DNA from: a virus
Taxonomy: Duplodnaviria > Caudoviricetes
Reading direction: 5' to 3' (one strand)
IMG/VR virus record: IMGVR_UViG_3300037418_002116
Length of the DNA stretch: 64,000 nucleotides
The translations under genes and the position numbers were made by a program. Below the pieces are notes generated by a model. That model was not told the DNA's origin, ran no database searches, and was given only the letters and a program-made list of their open reading frames with translations. Every line of letters begins with the position of its first letter. The first letter of the stretch is position 1. Shown here in pieces: positions 19,301-29,059 of the stretch.

Positions 19301-22150
19301 CTCGATGGCATAGGCAGGCGACAATGACGGGTATGGAGCGATTGTCAATGTGGCCAAAGCCATGGCATTTGGAGGCGTTGTTGGCGTGATCGGAACCGTG
19401 GCTGGCTGACCTTCCACAATAGAAATATTTCCAGCGGAATCCATAATCACCAAGTCCTTACGAGACATGTAATACGAATAATCGTATGTTACCTGTCCGC
19501 TTGGCGAAGGAAGATGTAGACCACCAGATGGTGCCGTGAAGCTTGTTGTCTTGGCCGGGTTGGCTGTAGCGCCCGCAACAGTCGTTGAACTGGTAGCAGT
19601 AGCCGCCTTCACAGGACGGAAATCAAGACTGTTGCGAAGATCATAACGGATACCGGTCGTTGGCGACACATAGACCGGAATCTGTTGTGTCAAGATCGAC
19701 GTATCCGAAATTGTAGCGTCGTTGATTGGGTATGAATCTACAGAGAAATAACCCAAGCCTTGTGTAAATGACGGTTCGAAGTGGTCGAGGCAAACCAATA
19801 GGTAATCACCCGAGGCGATAGGCGTAATCGGTGTGATCGTTGCATGATCATAAAGATTATCACGCTGGCCATTGTCGAAGATGAAATTGCTTGTTACGTC
19901 TGTACCGTCTGTAGAGGCAGTGAAAGCTGAACTTTTTGTTCGAACCGAACGAATTTGATACACGTCGGCAATACCCAAATTGAATGGGCCGGTTGTGCCG
20001 GAAGTAGCTCCATCGATCTTCACATAACGAGATGGACGAAGAAGCTTCGCCGTTTCACGTGCCGTTGTCTTTGTCAAGCGCAATGTCGCCGTAGCAGCGG
20101 TTGTGGCCGACAAGGTTTCTTTCATGTCGAATGATGCGCTTGTTGACGAATTGATCGTGATCGTTCTATCTGTTCCGGCGTCCGCACCCTTCCCTGTGAA
20201 ATCAACAATATCACCGATTTTGTATTGTTTAGTGAAAGTTTGTCCGGTAACTGTCGAAGGAATTGCCACAGTGGTTTTTAGAACTGTGTCAGAGACGATT
20301 TGATCGATAAAAAATGTGCCAGTAACAGTCGAAATCGAAATTTTATCACCAACATTCAAACGGGTGAAGAATGTCGATGTTCCATTGATGGTTGTATTTG
20401 AGTGAGTGGCAACTGTACCGCCCATGGTTTTGGTAGCAGCGGCGTCAAGAGAGATGATAATCTCTTCCTTATCGTCATCTACAAGGCCACCAACACCATA
20501 TGGGAAAATTTCATCCACGGCACCAGTGTTGATGGTGAATGTACCGCCAGAGGCGATAGAAATTGGGAATGATTTAGTGAAAGAGTAAGAGGTATCAACA
20601 TTACCTCCCGAATCTCTTATGGCCTTAACCGCACCAGCGCCAATATCATAGATTGAGGCGTCAAGGGATGTTTCCAACAAAGTGGCTGTATTCGAGATAG
20701 GATCAAGAACAACGTCCGCTCCAAGGTCCGCTGTTGAAGCGTTATTCAAATACAGGCTTCGAACAGAAGAGAAGGCACCATTCGACATCTTAACGTCGAA
20801 CAAATACACATTGTACTGTGCAGAAGGAGTTCCGGCTACACCGGAATGGAGTTCAATACCACGAACTTTCGCATTACCGATAGCCGCACCAGTCTGTGCC
20901 GCTGTAGAGAAACCAAGGTTCGTCAAACGTGCCTGTGCAGTGTTGTAAAGCCAGACAACCGAAGCACTGTTCATGTCCCATGAACCACAAAGTTCCTTCA
21001 CACGCAAATAATTGCCCATGCGAGTGCGTGAAACTTGGTTGTTGATGTTCTGTGCATCGATGGCCTTACGAACGTCTGTGTACTTTGTCACCAAAGTTTC
21101 GACATCGTAACCCTTGACATATGCCAAGCCGGGCTCAACACCAGCAACCAACAACGAAGTATTACCAGTTGTTGTGTATAGACCCTGATTTGTGCCATTA
21201 TCTTTGTGTTCACGAATACGAACGTTCAAACCAGTAGCATAGAAGTCACCACAATCAGCGTCGGTTCTTCTAGCTAATTCATCACGAATAGCTGAATATT
21301 GTGTTCTTTCATATGTGACTTCCAAAATGCCGTCACGAATACGGAAAAGTTCAACAAAATTTGGTGGACCAGAAACATCGTCAAGGTCGGTCTTGGCCAA
21401 CACAGCTTCAAGTTTGAATCGATCAGCACCCGGAGCGGCATAGTTATATGCGCCTAGAGCCGGATCATTTAGAGTTGGGTCGTCTTGTGCGGTGACAATC
21501 GATTCTAGAACATTGAAACCGATACGTGCAGATGGAGTTTGTGTGTATCGATCAAGAATGATCGTCTGTTTCACAAATGTAATGAAGTGATCTTTTGAGA
21601 ATACAATACCGTCATCAATGGTAAAAGTTGCGCCTTTACCTGTGGCAGAGGTTGCAAAAACAACTGCATTACCGGCACTAGACGTTAGAATTTCACCATC
21701 GGCAAAAACCTTGGTCACATTATCTGTGCCCGATGAAGTATAACGGACAAAAAGAGTTTTCTTGTCGGTTGCCGCCTGTGATCCATCCGCAACAGAGACA
21801 ACAAAAGCCTTGACACCAGTCGTCGCACCAGTCATGGTTGCGCCAACAAGGTTATTGACCACCACGGCACCGCCACCAGATGTGGTATCGTTGATTTTTA
21901 CGTAATCAATATCGGTATCGATGTGGAATTGACCACCAGCTACCAAAGAACCTTCTTTGAAAATATGCTCTGCAAATCTATCGATCTGCTTTTGAAGCAT
22001 AGTTTGAAGCTGAGTCAATTCACGGGCTTGAACAGCAACCGATGGCTTGAAAACAATACGATAAAAACCCTTGGTCTGATCGTAGTCATCGTACCAAGGG
22101 TTTACATTGAAGTCAGTATTATAGGAAAAACTGATAGTATTAGATGCCAT
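16310..22150 (-). CDS. 1946-aa DUF4815/VrlC-like baseplate-associated structural protein
   Basis: NVNPWYDDYD..KGFYR.VFKP...VQARELTQLQ..LQ.QI; APGADRFKL; DENGLDRFKNGIFVD.F. Confidence 0.9.
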   Translation of the reverse strand: MASNTISFSYNTDFNVNPWYDDYDQTKGFYRIVFKPSVAVQARELTQLQTMLQKQIDRFAEHIFKEGSLVAGGQFHIDTDIDYVKINDTTSGGGAVVVNNLVGATMTGATTGVKAFVVSVADGSQAATDKKTLFVRYTSSGTDNVTKVFADGEILTSSAGNAVVFATSATGKGATFTIDDGIVFSKDHFITFVKQTIILDRYTQTPSARIGFNVLESIVTAQDDPTLNDPALGAYNYAAPGADRFKLEAVLAKTDLDDVSGPPNFVELFRIRDGILEVTYERTQYSAIRDELARRTDADCGDFYATGLNVRIREHKDNGTNQGLYTTTGNTSLLVAGVEPGLAYVKGYDVETLVTKYTDVRKAIDAQNINNQVSRTRMGNYLRVKELCGSWDMNSASVVWLYNTAQARLTNLGFSTAAQTGAAIGNAKVRGIELHSGVAGTPSAQYNVYLFDVKMSNGAFSSVRSLYLNNASTADLGADVVLDPISNTATLLETSLDASIYDIGAGAVKAIRDSGGNVDTSYSFTKSFPISIASGGTFTINTGAVDEIFPYGVGGLVDDDKEEIIISLDAAATKTMGGTVATHSNTTINGTSTFFTRLNVGDKISISTVTGTFFIDQIVSDTVLKTTVAIPSTVTGQTFTKQYKIGDIVDFTGKGADAGTDRTITINSSTSASFDMKETLSATTAATATLRLTKTTARETAKLLRPSRYVKIDGATSGTTGPFNLGIADVYQIRSVRTKSSAFTASTDGTDVTSNFIFDNGQRDNLYDHATITPITPIASGDYLLVCLDHFEPSFTQGLGYFSVDSYPINDATISDTSILTQQIPVYVSPTTGIRYDLRNSLDFRPVKAATATSSTTVAGATANPAKTTSFTAPSGGLHLPSPSGQVTYDYSYYMSRKDLVIMDSAGNISIVEGQPATVPITPTTPPNAMALATLTIAPYPSLSPAYAIESNRQDLACTVKKTAYRNYTKRDIGVLDERISNLEYYNQLNLLEKQASDLSILDENGLDRFKNGIFVDTFRDHSQGAITNPDYSIVVDPKEQSIRPQFDMDSVGYQYVSGSGVQQSNNLITLPYTEVSFIEQPYATTTRNSTNAVYNFIGLLTLTPDSDVWVDTVQLPDTMVGDSTPTSVPPLQTTWDSWQTTITGYKVYNNSTGALIGTYTTEAAALSAAQTTSNRTGQSTKIEQFGSQTRSGTTTTSSVVSTTENLGNKVVDVSIIPYIRPQTVLLSARDIKPNTRLWVYVDDELMSDYTTPANSSYSTTGVEGANWISGTDGKAYALLRFPDSGKRFRTGTKKIRVSDSPTNEDDSTTYALAYFTASGLIQQKQDTILSTNVVVTSQDDVSQTGGVQGNVTIINPIRNPTTSTTTTGRGGNGGSRSDCMAYTFFINAPTTEEGIFLTSFDLYFEAKNASFGAWFEVREVDNSGNITRNTVPYSVVALEPSQIQISDDATVATRIYFQCPIFLYNNVEYALVIHPTATNPDTYVWITKLGEADVTTGQNVVSRKYTGTLFDTNNNMDWTPVPNADLKITFYRADFTTNSTGTANFGNKPFEKFIMSSVTSDFDKFGEIVRGQNRITISGNTAAIAVGNRLVGATSHANSQVVAISGGTYRLSANSIMNYTSGETLTIKSNTGTTRGTATLATVTYPSGSLYSYRAVNATLTHLELRDTTGYWEDGEIIIGSASGDRGTIGSKIPIKYSVVDFEPNYLTFQNTSLGWTMKGTSNTNSLDSTSIAVIPDDNNFFTSEKNLLGRSKEVDLISSARSNQAVASIVSSTPYVSPVIDLNRTHGVFVHNVVNANTANETAASGGAAQNKYICKTITLAEGQDAEDLKVYLTAYRPPNTDVLVYAKIANNEDSDTFESHPWIQLETSDTVFSSISNQNDWIEYEFGFSDTIMTGLFGAVQYTNSNGVAFSGFKQFSIKIVLTSTDSAMVPRVADLRLIALQM

Positions 22151-22180
22151 CTTTGTCTTTAATTATGAGGGAATATCAAT

Positions 22181-22188
22181 TATTTATA
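22181..22188 (-). promoter_or_regulatory. T4-type late promoter TATAAATA
   Basis: Exact consensus 31 nt upstream of 22150. Confidence 0.8.
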
Positions 22189-22195
22189 AGAGATA

Positions 22196-23704
22196 TTACA
22201 GATTGATTACGAGACGGAAGTTTTCTTCCTGATTAACAGAACGAACAATCGGTGATCTATTTTCGACATATAGAAGCGAACCGGAGTACTTCTTTAGCGG
22301 TGAAGCTACGATTGAAGATACTGTTGCGGTTGCTGCCGATGTTCCACCTGTGATCGTTTCCGAAGTCGTGAATGAACCAACCACACTTGTTACAATAATT
22401 GAAGTTGTGTTGGCTTTTTCAACGAACACGCCGGTTGCGCCAGATGTTCCACCTGTGATGGTTTCATCTGGTAGGAAGGAACCCGATTGAGAAGTGAGAG
22501 TGAGCTTTGGAGCAACAAGATATGATGTGTCCGTGGCAATCGAATTGTTCGCCAGCAATGGATTTGCAAGTACCCCGATGACACGGAAATCGTTATTCGA
22601 GAAGAATTTTCCAGCTTCGTCACCCGAAAATTGCACGAACATCATGACATTGTAGCCGTTCAATTCATAGACAGCATTCGATCCGTGACCGCCGTTAGGC
22701 GACAATTGGGCAACGACGCTTGCACCAGAGCCCGTGTTGGCCGTTACAGCCAAGGTTGCTCTTCTGTAACCAGACCCTTCATTGATCACTTCGACTGTCG
22801 AAATAGTACCGTTCGAAACGGTTGAGTAAGCCGAGAATCCGGTTCCATCGCCAGATGTTACGGAGATAGTTGGGGAAACCAAATAGGCTGAACCACCGTT
22901 CGGCGCAATCGAGAATGCAGGCGATACCGTGGCAATCTTGGAAGCACCGGAATAATTGGTGATCACACGCTTCTGACCAGCACCCGTGCCGGACGTAATG
23001 TAGATCGATGAACCAACATAGATGCCACCAGTTGAGTTGGCAGACGATGCGAGAGTGACTTTTGTCGTATTGGAGGTTGTGACTGTGCCCGAATTGGTCT
23101 TGTAGTTGGAACCAACCGCAGCGACACGAACGGTTGAAATTGAACCATCAACGGCAGCGGATTGAACATCCCATTGGAAAGAGCCGTCATCCGCTGTAAG
23201 TTTTTTCAATGGCACGAATGTTGTTGTCACGTACTTAACGGCGTCCGGAGCGGACACTTCACCCATAAATTTCCACTTATAACCGTCACCGGTAGAGAAA
23301 ACGGAAGTCAAACGACCGGAAGGCTTAACTGTTGACGCCGCACCCTTATTATTGTACATGCATTTATACAGGTTATATTCATCCGTCAGGACGAAGAACT
23401 GACTATCTTGAAACTGTGTATCTGTATTATATTCTGTGTAGACTTGGCCACTTGTCCAATTGTATCTTGGGCCTGCAAACGTAACATCTCCCGCCGCAAC
23501 TTTCTTTGCAGAGATGATGTTGTCCCAAATCTGATATTCAGAGGCATTTACCGAGTCTACTGGTGTGGGAGGATTGTTATCGTCGGTCCAAGGCTTTGGA
23601 CGCCCGATAAACACATAGAGATTTTCAAAAGCGGCTTCATCGAAAAGCTCTTTGAATTGTTCCGCTGCAAAAAGACGAAATCTCTTGGTAATAGTTCCTG
23701 TCAT
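22196..23704 (-). CDS. gp8: Baseplate wedge subunit
   Basis: LYVFIGRP.PW.DDN.PP.P; R.NWTSG..Y; FFVLTDEYNLYKC.YN; DGYKWKFM; GSLLYVENR.PI.RS..Q.E. Confidence 0.92.
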   Translation of the reverse strand: MTGTITKRFRLFAAEQFKELFDEAAFENLYVFIGRPKPWTDDNNPPTPVDSVNASEYQIWDNIISAKKVAAGDVTFAGPRYNWTSGQVYTEYNTDTQFQDSQFFVLTDEYNLYKCMYNNKGAASTVKPSGRLTSVFSTGDGYKWKFMGEVSAPDAVKYVTTTFVPLKKLTADDGSFQWDVQSAAVDGSISTVRVAAVGSNYKTNSGTVTTSNTTKVTLASSANSTGGIYVGSSIYITSGTGAGQKRVITNYSGASKIATVSPAFSIAPNGGSAYLVSPTISVTSGDGTGFSAYSTVSNGTISTVEVINEGSGYRRATLAVTANTGSGASVVAQLSPNGGHGSNAVYELNGYNVMMFVQFSGDEAGKFFSNNDFRVIGVLANPLLANNSIATDTSYLVAPKLTLTSQSGSFLPDETITGGTSGATGVFVEKANTTSIIVTSVVGSFTTSETITGGTSAATATVSSIVASPLKKYSGSLLYVENRSPIVRSVNQEENFRLVINL

Positions 23705-23729
23705 GGTTTATCCTGTAATGATTTAAATA

Positions 23730-23737
23730 TATTTATA
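23730..23737 (-). promoter_or_regulatory. T4-type late promoter TATAAATA
   Basis: Exact consensus 26 nt upstream of gp8. Confidence 0.8.
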
Positions 23738-23746
23738 ATCAAATTC

Positions 23747-25837
23747 TTAGGTTCTCGGGAAGGCAGCGGTTGGTACTGTGATAGAGCCGTCTGTGTCATA
23801 GCGACATATACCTTTGGTGATACGAATTTCATCAAGCCAACCATTGTAGATAGCAGAGCTAAGTGAACGACCGATTTCGAGAGGGCCTGTTGAGTTGAAT
23901 ATGGCACTATTCGCAGGCGTCGCACTTGCAACTAATGTGCCATCACGCCATAGTCTAATCTTGCCGCTGGAATTTTTACTGATGGCGATAAAGTGCCAGT
24001 TATCAACGCTGATGGAAGGGGCCGCTCCGGAACCAAGAGATTGGAAATTACTTCCGTCCGATGACCAAGCAAATGACGGCCTTTGAAGGTTGTAATCAAT
24101 ATACCAAGCCCATCCGCCAGTGGTCTGGCCCATTACATATGGAATGGAACTACCAGTGTCATGTGGCATCATCCAAAATTCGATAGTGTATTGATCGGAG
24201 TTTGATGTAGACAATTGCCAATCTGCACTATCTGGAATCGAAATATAGTCACCAGACCCATCAAAAGCAGCGGATGAAACACCGAATTTAAATTGTGTTG
24301 TGTCCAGTTTTGCATTGCCATTAAATGTTAATGGTGTATGGCCAGCCAAACTTTCATCTGTGGTGCTTGTCGCACCATTAGTTCCGTTAAATCCTGCAAG
24401 GAATACCACATTAGAGAAATATGGGTCTGATCCGCTGAGAGCGGCAGATGCTACAGTATCAACAGATTCTGTTATAGATGAAGTACCTTTCAGTGCCAAC
24501 TTAGCGGCTGATAAAATAGTGTCATTAGCTTCTGTAACAAATGTTGATGAATGGTGTTGAGAAGTTGACAATTGATAATGCAAGCCAGCGGTGTTGCCAT
24601 ACTGATATTCTGCCGAAAGAATTAAAACGGTATTGTTCACCACGTATTGCGGGAAATAATACGTGTTTGCAGAATGTGTTGTGTCCAATATCTTTATTGG
24701 AGTCCAACTCGACATAGTGAAAGAAGGAACGTTTGATCTAAACACAATAGTTTTAGACAAATCGGCAAGAGAAAAATTACCAAATTGTTGGAATACTGGA
24801 ATAGTATTCCAAAACCCAATTGTATTCTGCATTTCGGCTTGTTGCGTACCAGCTTGTGTTACCCAAGTGATGGCCGCACAATTACTTGTTGCATTAATCG
24901 CCGTTTCGTTTAGAATGAGTTCATAGGAAATGGTGATCTTTGAAATATCACCTACATTTTCTAGATTTGACAGCAACGAAAGATTGATTTCAGAAAAATC
25001 GGCAGATGCAAGCATATCCACCGCACCGAACAATTTCGTTCCGGCAGGGTGCACTAATTGATTCGCAATGGATTCATATTCTGATATGGCGTGTGAGGAA
25101 CGAATTTGGTATGAGTATTCCTGATAGAAAAAATTGTCTTCAAGATATTTGTTTGACGACAAAAATCCGTCTGTTCCGATCCATCCGCCCGGATATGTGA
25201 CTAAATCAGTAACAAAGCCGAGTTGTTCTCCGGTATTATCGTCTAGAATACCTTCATTGATTTCAAATGTGCCAAATATGTTGTTGATATAAAATTCATT
25301 TGTTTGAACTTCGTTAACAACATATGAAATGAACTTGTCTTTTCTTGCGGTGGCATTGGATGATGCACCACGAATAACAACAACATCTTCAATCTTGCTC
25401 AAAGGAACATTGAGATTCAATTTCAATGAACGCTCGATAACCCACTTACCGTCAGAAGCTCTTAGAATGTCTTTGCCGGGATAATAATATGAAACGTTTT
25501 CGTCGCCGTATAGGATACGAAACAGCATATTGTATGCTTTTTCCGTACCACGGGCACGATAGAAATCAACGATATTCTTCAATAGAAGACGATCATCAAC
25601 CAATGTAACTGGAATAGACTTCATGAATTCATTTCGCATGAATTGGAAGTACTTATCCGGTATTAGATCGGCATCTTTATAGTCAGCAAGTTTCCGAGAA
25701 ACCTGTATTGGATTTTCGAATTGTTGAAGCCATTCATAGTATACTTTAATGAAATTGACCAATTCTTCGCCATCCCGATTCCAGAAATCGGGCACCTGTG
25801 ACTTGACAAAAATGGAGATAGAATTGGACTGTGCCAT
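23747..25837 (-). CDS. gp7: Baseplate wedge initiator (gp7-like) with C-terminal LamG/concanavalin-like domain
   Basis: F.K.YYEWL; IVDFYRARGTEKAY..LFRILY; YQEYSY.IRS...VHPAG.KLFG; C-terminal FTIEFW..P...W.FIA...G.I.L..DG...GWLDEIRITKG. Confidence 0.85.
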   Translation of the reverse strand: MAQSNSISIFVKSQVPDFWNRDGEELVNFIKVYYEWLQQFENPIQVSRKLADYKDADLIPDKYFQFMRNEFMKSIPVTLVDDRLLLKNIVDFYRARGTEKAYNMLFRILYGDENVSYYYPGKDILRASDGKWVIERSLKLNLNVPLSKIEDVVVIRGASSNATARKDKFISYVVNEVQTNEFYINNIFGTFEINEGILDDNTGEQLGFVTDLVTYPGGWIGTDGFLSSNKYLEDNFFYQEYSYQIRSSHAISEYESIANQLVHPAGTKLFGAVDMLASADFSEINLSLLSNLENVGDISKITISYELILNETAINATSNCAAITWVTQAGTQQAEMQNTIGFWNTIPVFQQFGNFSLADLSKTIVFRSNVPSFTMSSWTPIKILDTTHSANTYYFPQYVVNNTVLILSAEYQYGNTAGLHYQLSTSQHHSSTFVTEANDTILSAAKLALKGTSSITESVDTVASAALSGSDPYFSNVVFLAGFNGTNGATSTTDESLAGHTPLTFNGNAKLDTTQFKFGVSSAAFDGSGDYISIPDSADWQLSTSNSDQYTIEFWMMPHDTGSSIPYVMGQTTGGWAWYIDYNLQRPSFAWSSDGSNFQSLGSGAAPSISVDNWHFIAISKNSSGKIRLWRDGTLVASATPANSAIFNSTGPLEIGRSLSSAIYNGWLDEIRITKGICRYDTDGSITVPTAAFPRT

Positions 25838-27711
25838 TAAAGAGTTACCGTATTAGAGATACCGTCCACATCGATTAATGTTTCATTACCAATCACTTGC
25901 ACGATATCAGTAAAGATCAATTTACTCTTTGACGTATCGAACATATTGAATGTAGGATTCGACAAAAGAATGATTTGATTATTTTGTGAGTATATATCTG
26001 TGGCATTCGGTTGTGCAGAAATAACAACTTCGTCATCATAATCTGTGAAAATGAACGACTTCATACTCAAAGTGCCATTCAGGTAATCAACCGTTCCAAC
26101 GTCGTTATCGTAATAGTTCTTTGTAGACCCCACCAGATAGTAGAGGCGCAAGGTGCCGTTCCCGTCGTCATCGAGATACATTGTTTGGTCAGAACCGGCT
26201 ATTTCAAAACCATTCGAAGAGATACACCCTTGATATTCAGTGAAAGGGCAGTATAGTTGATTTTGGAAATCCACGTTGTAGTTAAACTTAGAGTTTAGGA
26301 CCGGCGCAAAACGTTTCTCAATCGTGATGGAGACTTGGTTTGATTCAATTGCATTATCAGAATTATCGACCATGGTTGAGAATTTAGATTGGCGGAATCT
26401 ATTGCCAAATACACCAAGCTCCGTCGTTTCGAAATTTTGAACGTTTGTGGCGATCTTTGAAAAAAGTTCGTCAACTGAAAGAAGCGACTGACTTGAATTG
26501 TAATTTACTTGAACCACTGGCTTGACAAACAAGAATACAGGATCGATAATCGCCGGATCAATTGACATAGGATTGAACTTCTTAATGTCGTTGATGATTT
26601 CCGATTTGCGGTTCTCTGTAATAACAAAGCCAGTGACCGGCTTAACTGCAATGATCGATTTACCATAGAGTGGAGGATTATGGGTTTCGCCGCCCCATAC
26701 GTTCACTGCTTCAATATCCGAGTAATTTGAGAGAATGAAGTTTTTGTAGTCAGCCGCCGTGATCAAACGATTTTGAATCTCGAAATTGCGAGGCGCATTG
26801 AACTTGATTGAATCGATAGTTTCTTCATCCTGTCCCTCACGGGCACGAAGTGTGACACTCACGATATTGCAGATGTACTTTACCGTTGGGCTATCTTTAT
26901 TATAGCCTGTGTAACCGATTTTCGAGAAAGAATATGCATTATTTGGCGCTTCACCGTTGCAAGCACGGAATGTGATTGTCACGATGTTGTTTAAGTCGAG
27001 TGCCTTACCAAGAATGCCATCACCAAAATAGATTTCATAGAAGCCATTGGAATTTTTCTGTAGATAGTACACAGTAGAAGTCGCTGAAACCTCTGTAGCG
27101 TCCTTTACGAGCGTGTATGTGGTCTTTGTCGTGGAGGTAGACGATGCTTGTACTTCGACGGTCATTGTTGAAGTATCGACACCAGCCACCGGAATTTCAT
27201 AGAGTTTGCGAGTAGCGTTCACTGTATATTTGTTAGAAAGCACGACGCCTTCATAGATATCAATATTTTTTTGATATACACCACCGGCTGACTGAACAAC
27301 ATAGTCGGCAAGTGTTGAAAAGTAATAAACTACGCCATCAATAGTTGTCGAAAATTTGGTGTACGCTGGAATAACAATTTCCGATGGAGAATCATTCGGT
27401 GTGAACGAAATGGACAACTGCGCCCGAGCCGAACGGGCCGAACGTGGCGTATAATTTAGCATTTTTGAAATAGAATAAACGCTTTCCTTCATGATTGCCG
27501 AATCGAGGAAAGTTTCGTTTGCCACCATATTCAGATAGAACGAATTATAATATGTGTTGTATGCAAGCACGTCCAACAATGTAGACATGGTTGAACCTTC
27601 GAAGTCAAAATCGGTAAATTCTGGCTTTGCTCTCAAAAAGTTTTTGAGATTATTTTTGATTTCGAAGAAACCAAGTTCTGAAACTTGCAAATTTGTGTTA
27701 GCTAATGCCAT
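25837..27711 (-). CDS. gp6: Baseplate wedge subunit
   Basis: L.F..IKNNLK.FL...EF.DFDFEGS.MS.LLDVLAYNTYYN.FY.NM..NE.FLDSA; ETIDSIKFNAP..F..QNR..TA.DY. Confidence 0.95.
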   Translation of the reverse strand: MALANTNLQVSELGFFEIKNNLKNFLRAKPEFTDFDFEGSTMSTLLDVLAYNTYYNSFYLNMVANETFLDSAIMKESVYSISKMLNYTPRSARSARAQLSISFTPNDSPSEIVIPAYTKFSTTIDGVVYYFSTLADYVVQSAGGVYQKNIDIYEGVVLSNKYTVNATRKLYEIPVAGVDTSTMTVEVQASSTSTTKTTYTLVKDATEVSATSTVYYLQKNSNGFYEIYFGDGILGKALDLNNIVTITFRACNGEAPNNAYSFSKIGYTGYNKDSPTVKYICNIVSVTLRAREGQDEETIDSIKFNAPRNFEIQNRLITAADYKNFILSNYSDIEAVNVWGGETHNPPLYGKSIIAVKPVTGFVITENRKSEIINDIKKFNPMSIDPAIIDPVFLFVKPVVQVNYNSSQSLLSVDELFSKIATNVQNFETTELGVFGNRFRQSKFSTMVDNSDNAIESNQVSITIEKRFAPVLNSKFNYNVDFQNQLYCPFTEYQGCISSNGFEIAGSDQTMYLDDDGNGTLRLYYLVGSTKNYYDNDVGTVDYLNGTLSMKSFIFTDYDDEVVISAQPNATDIYSQNNQIILLSNPTFNMFDTSKSKLIFTDIVQVIGNETLIDVDGISNTVTL

Positions 27712-27716
27712 TTAGA

Positions 27717-28118
27717 TTAACGTGTTCTCTCTAGAAATAGTGAAATTTCGACCGGATGTTGAAAACTCAATGGTTTGATGACTACGGTTATTTCGAATGA
27801 ATTGGCGTCAAGATTGTCTGTCAATGTGATAGAAAGCAATTCAGCACGTTCCGCATAATTTGCGATAACATCAGAAATCGCCGTCTTGACTGTTTGTACC
27901 GTCACGGGGTCGAAACTTTCGAAAAGGGACTCGTTCAAACCACCGAATACCTTTGGACGGAACAAGGTTTCGTAGTGATTGGTGAAAATAAGATTTTTGA
28001 CTTGCTGCTTGACCGCATTTTCATTCTTGACAATATTCACCGCTCCGGTTTCCGGATGGGGAATAAATTTCAAAGATAAATCACGATAGATATCTTTTTT
28101 CGTAAGTTTCGTAACCAT
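27717..28118 (-). CDS. gp25: Baseplate wedge subunit
   Basis: YRDLSL.F..HP.TG.V...KNENAVKQ.VKNLI.T...E..F.P.; ATG overlaps PAAR stop (TAATG). Confidence 0.92.
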   Translation of the reverse strand: MVTKLTKKDIYRDLSLKFIPHPETGAVNIVKNENAVKQQVKNLIFTNHYETLFRPKVFGGLNESLFESFDPVTVQTVKTAISDVIANYAERAELLSITLTDNLDANSFEITVVIKPLSFQHPVEISLFLERTR

Positions 28119-28399
28119 TATGCCCCTATAGTAATTTGTGTTTGCGATGAAACCACCGTCGATGCACCGCAATATCGAGAGTCGCCATGTCTATGAATTG
28201 CTTTCCCGGCAACTGTCCATTTTCCGGAGCCTGTAGAAGAATTGGTAGCACCGGATGGATGAGGGGCTAAATCGCCTCCCGCCACGGTATCAACCGTTGT
28301 CACCAGCTTACCGCCGACTGTCCATGTTGTCTGTGGAGGAGTCTGCAATGCGCCCGCACCATGCGAATTTAGATCGCCAACCAAAGCTAAAAGTGGTAT
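28118..28399 (-). CDS. gp5.4: PAAR spike tip protein; probable ATA start
   Basis: (M)PLLALVGD..SHG.G...H......GS....V.G..IHR.GD...CG; GGAG 7 nt before ATA. Confidence 0.88.
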   Translation of the reverse strand: MPLLALVGDLNSHGAGALQTPPQTTWTVGGKLVTTVDTVAGGDLAPHPSGATNSSTGSGKWTVAGKAIHRHGDSRYCGASTVVSSQTQITIGA

Positions 28400-28424
28400 T
28401 TTCTCTCTCCATTCTTGATATTGA

Positions 28425-28432
28425 TATTTATA
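28425..28432 (-). promoter_or_regulatory. T4-type late promoter TATAAATA
   Basis: Exact consensus upstream of PAAR gene. Confidence 0.8.
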
Positions 28433-28438
28433 AGGAGT

Positions 28439-29035
28439 TTAAAGAAACCCTCGTATAGCCGATAGACCTTGTGTGGTGATGCCACTTACAAGGTCTGACG
28501 TGAATACTTGTGGATTCGGCAACATTGAAGGCGCAATCCCGAGCTTGTTCGGGTTGATATCGACGTGCAGCCATGAATTTTGCGCTCCATTCACCAGATT
28601 GAGCGAGTCTGCCACTCGGGTAAATGGCTGGATTTCCTTGACAATATTGTACATGTTGTCTTCGAAATTGCGAATCTGGATATCGAAGCCAAGGCCGATC
28701 AAGTGAGAGATTTCATTTGGTAGGCCGTTTTGTGGAATGTTGTTCATGAACGCTGCTTTGATGATCAAATCCGGGCCAAAATTTCCTAGCAGACCTTCCA
28801 ACATTCCTCTTGCGCCGGACTGTAGATTTGATACTATCTTCCATAGAGGCATATTGTTTCCGCCCGTGAGGTTGAGCGGCAAACGAGAATCCGGAATAAG
28901 TGTGGCAGAGAATTTAGGCATCCAAGTTGCTGTAACTGGATTGTATGCACCAGAAGTAAGGTGAGATAGGTTGAAATTTCTGGATAATTGAATTCCAACG
29001 TCTATGATTGTATTTTCGGTTATATCAAACGGCAT
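28439..29035 (-). CDS. Peptidase M15A-like protein (endolysin candidate)
   Basis: QLSRNFNL..LT; SHLIG.GFDI; WLHVD zinc-ligand pattern. Confidence 0.6.
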   Translation of the reverse strand: MPFDITENTIIDVGIQLSRNFNLSHLTSGAYNPVTATWMPKFSATLIPDSRLPLNLTGGNNMPLWKIVSNLQSGARGMLEGLLGNFGPDLIIKAAFMNNIPQNGLPNEISHLIGLGFDIQIRNFEDNMYNIVKEIQPFTRVADSLNLVNGAQNSWLHVDINPNKLGIAPSMLPNPQVFTSDLVSGITTQGLSAIRGFL

Positions 29036-29059
29036 GGGTTAATTCCTGTGGGCTGAAAA

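Noticed and set aside
28400-28441. Stop-codon readthrough fusing the M15-like gene to PAAR (same frame, single TAA)
   Set aside because: An intervening late promoter and SD explain independent PAAR expression; TAA is the least leaky stop.
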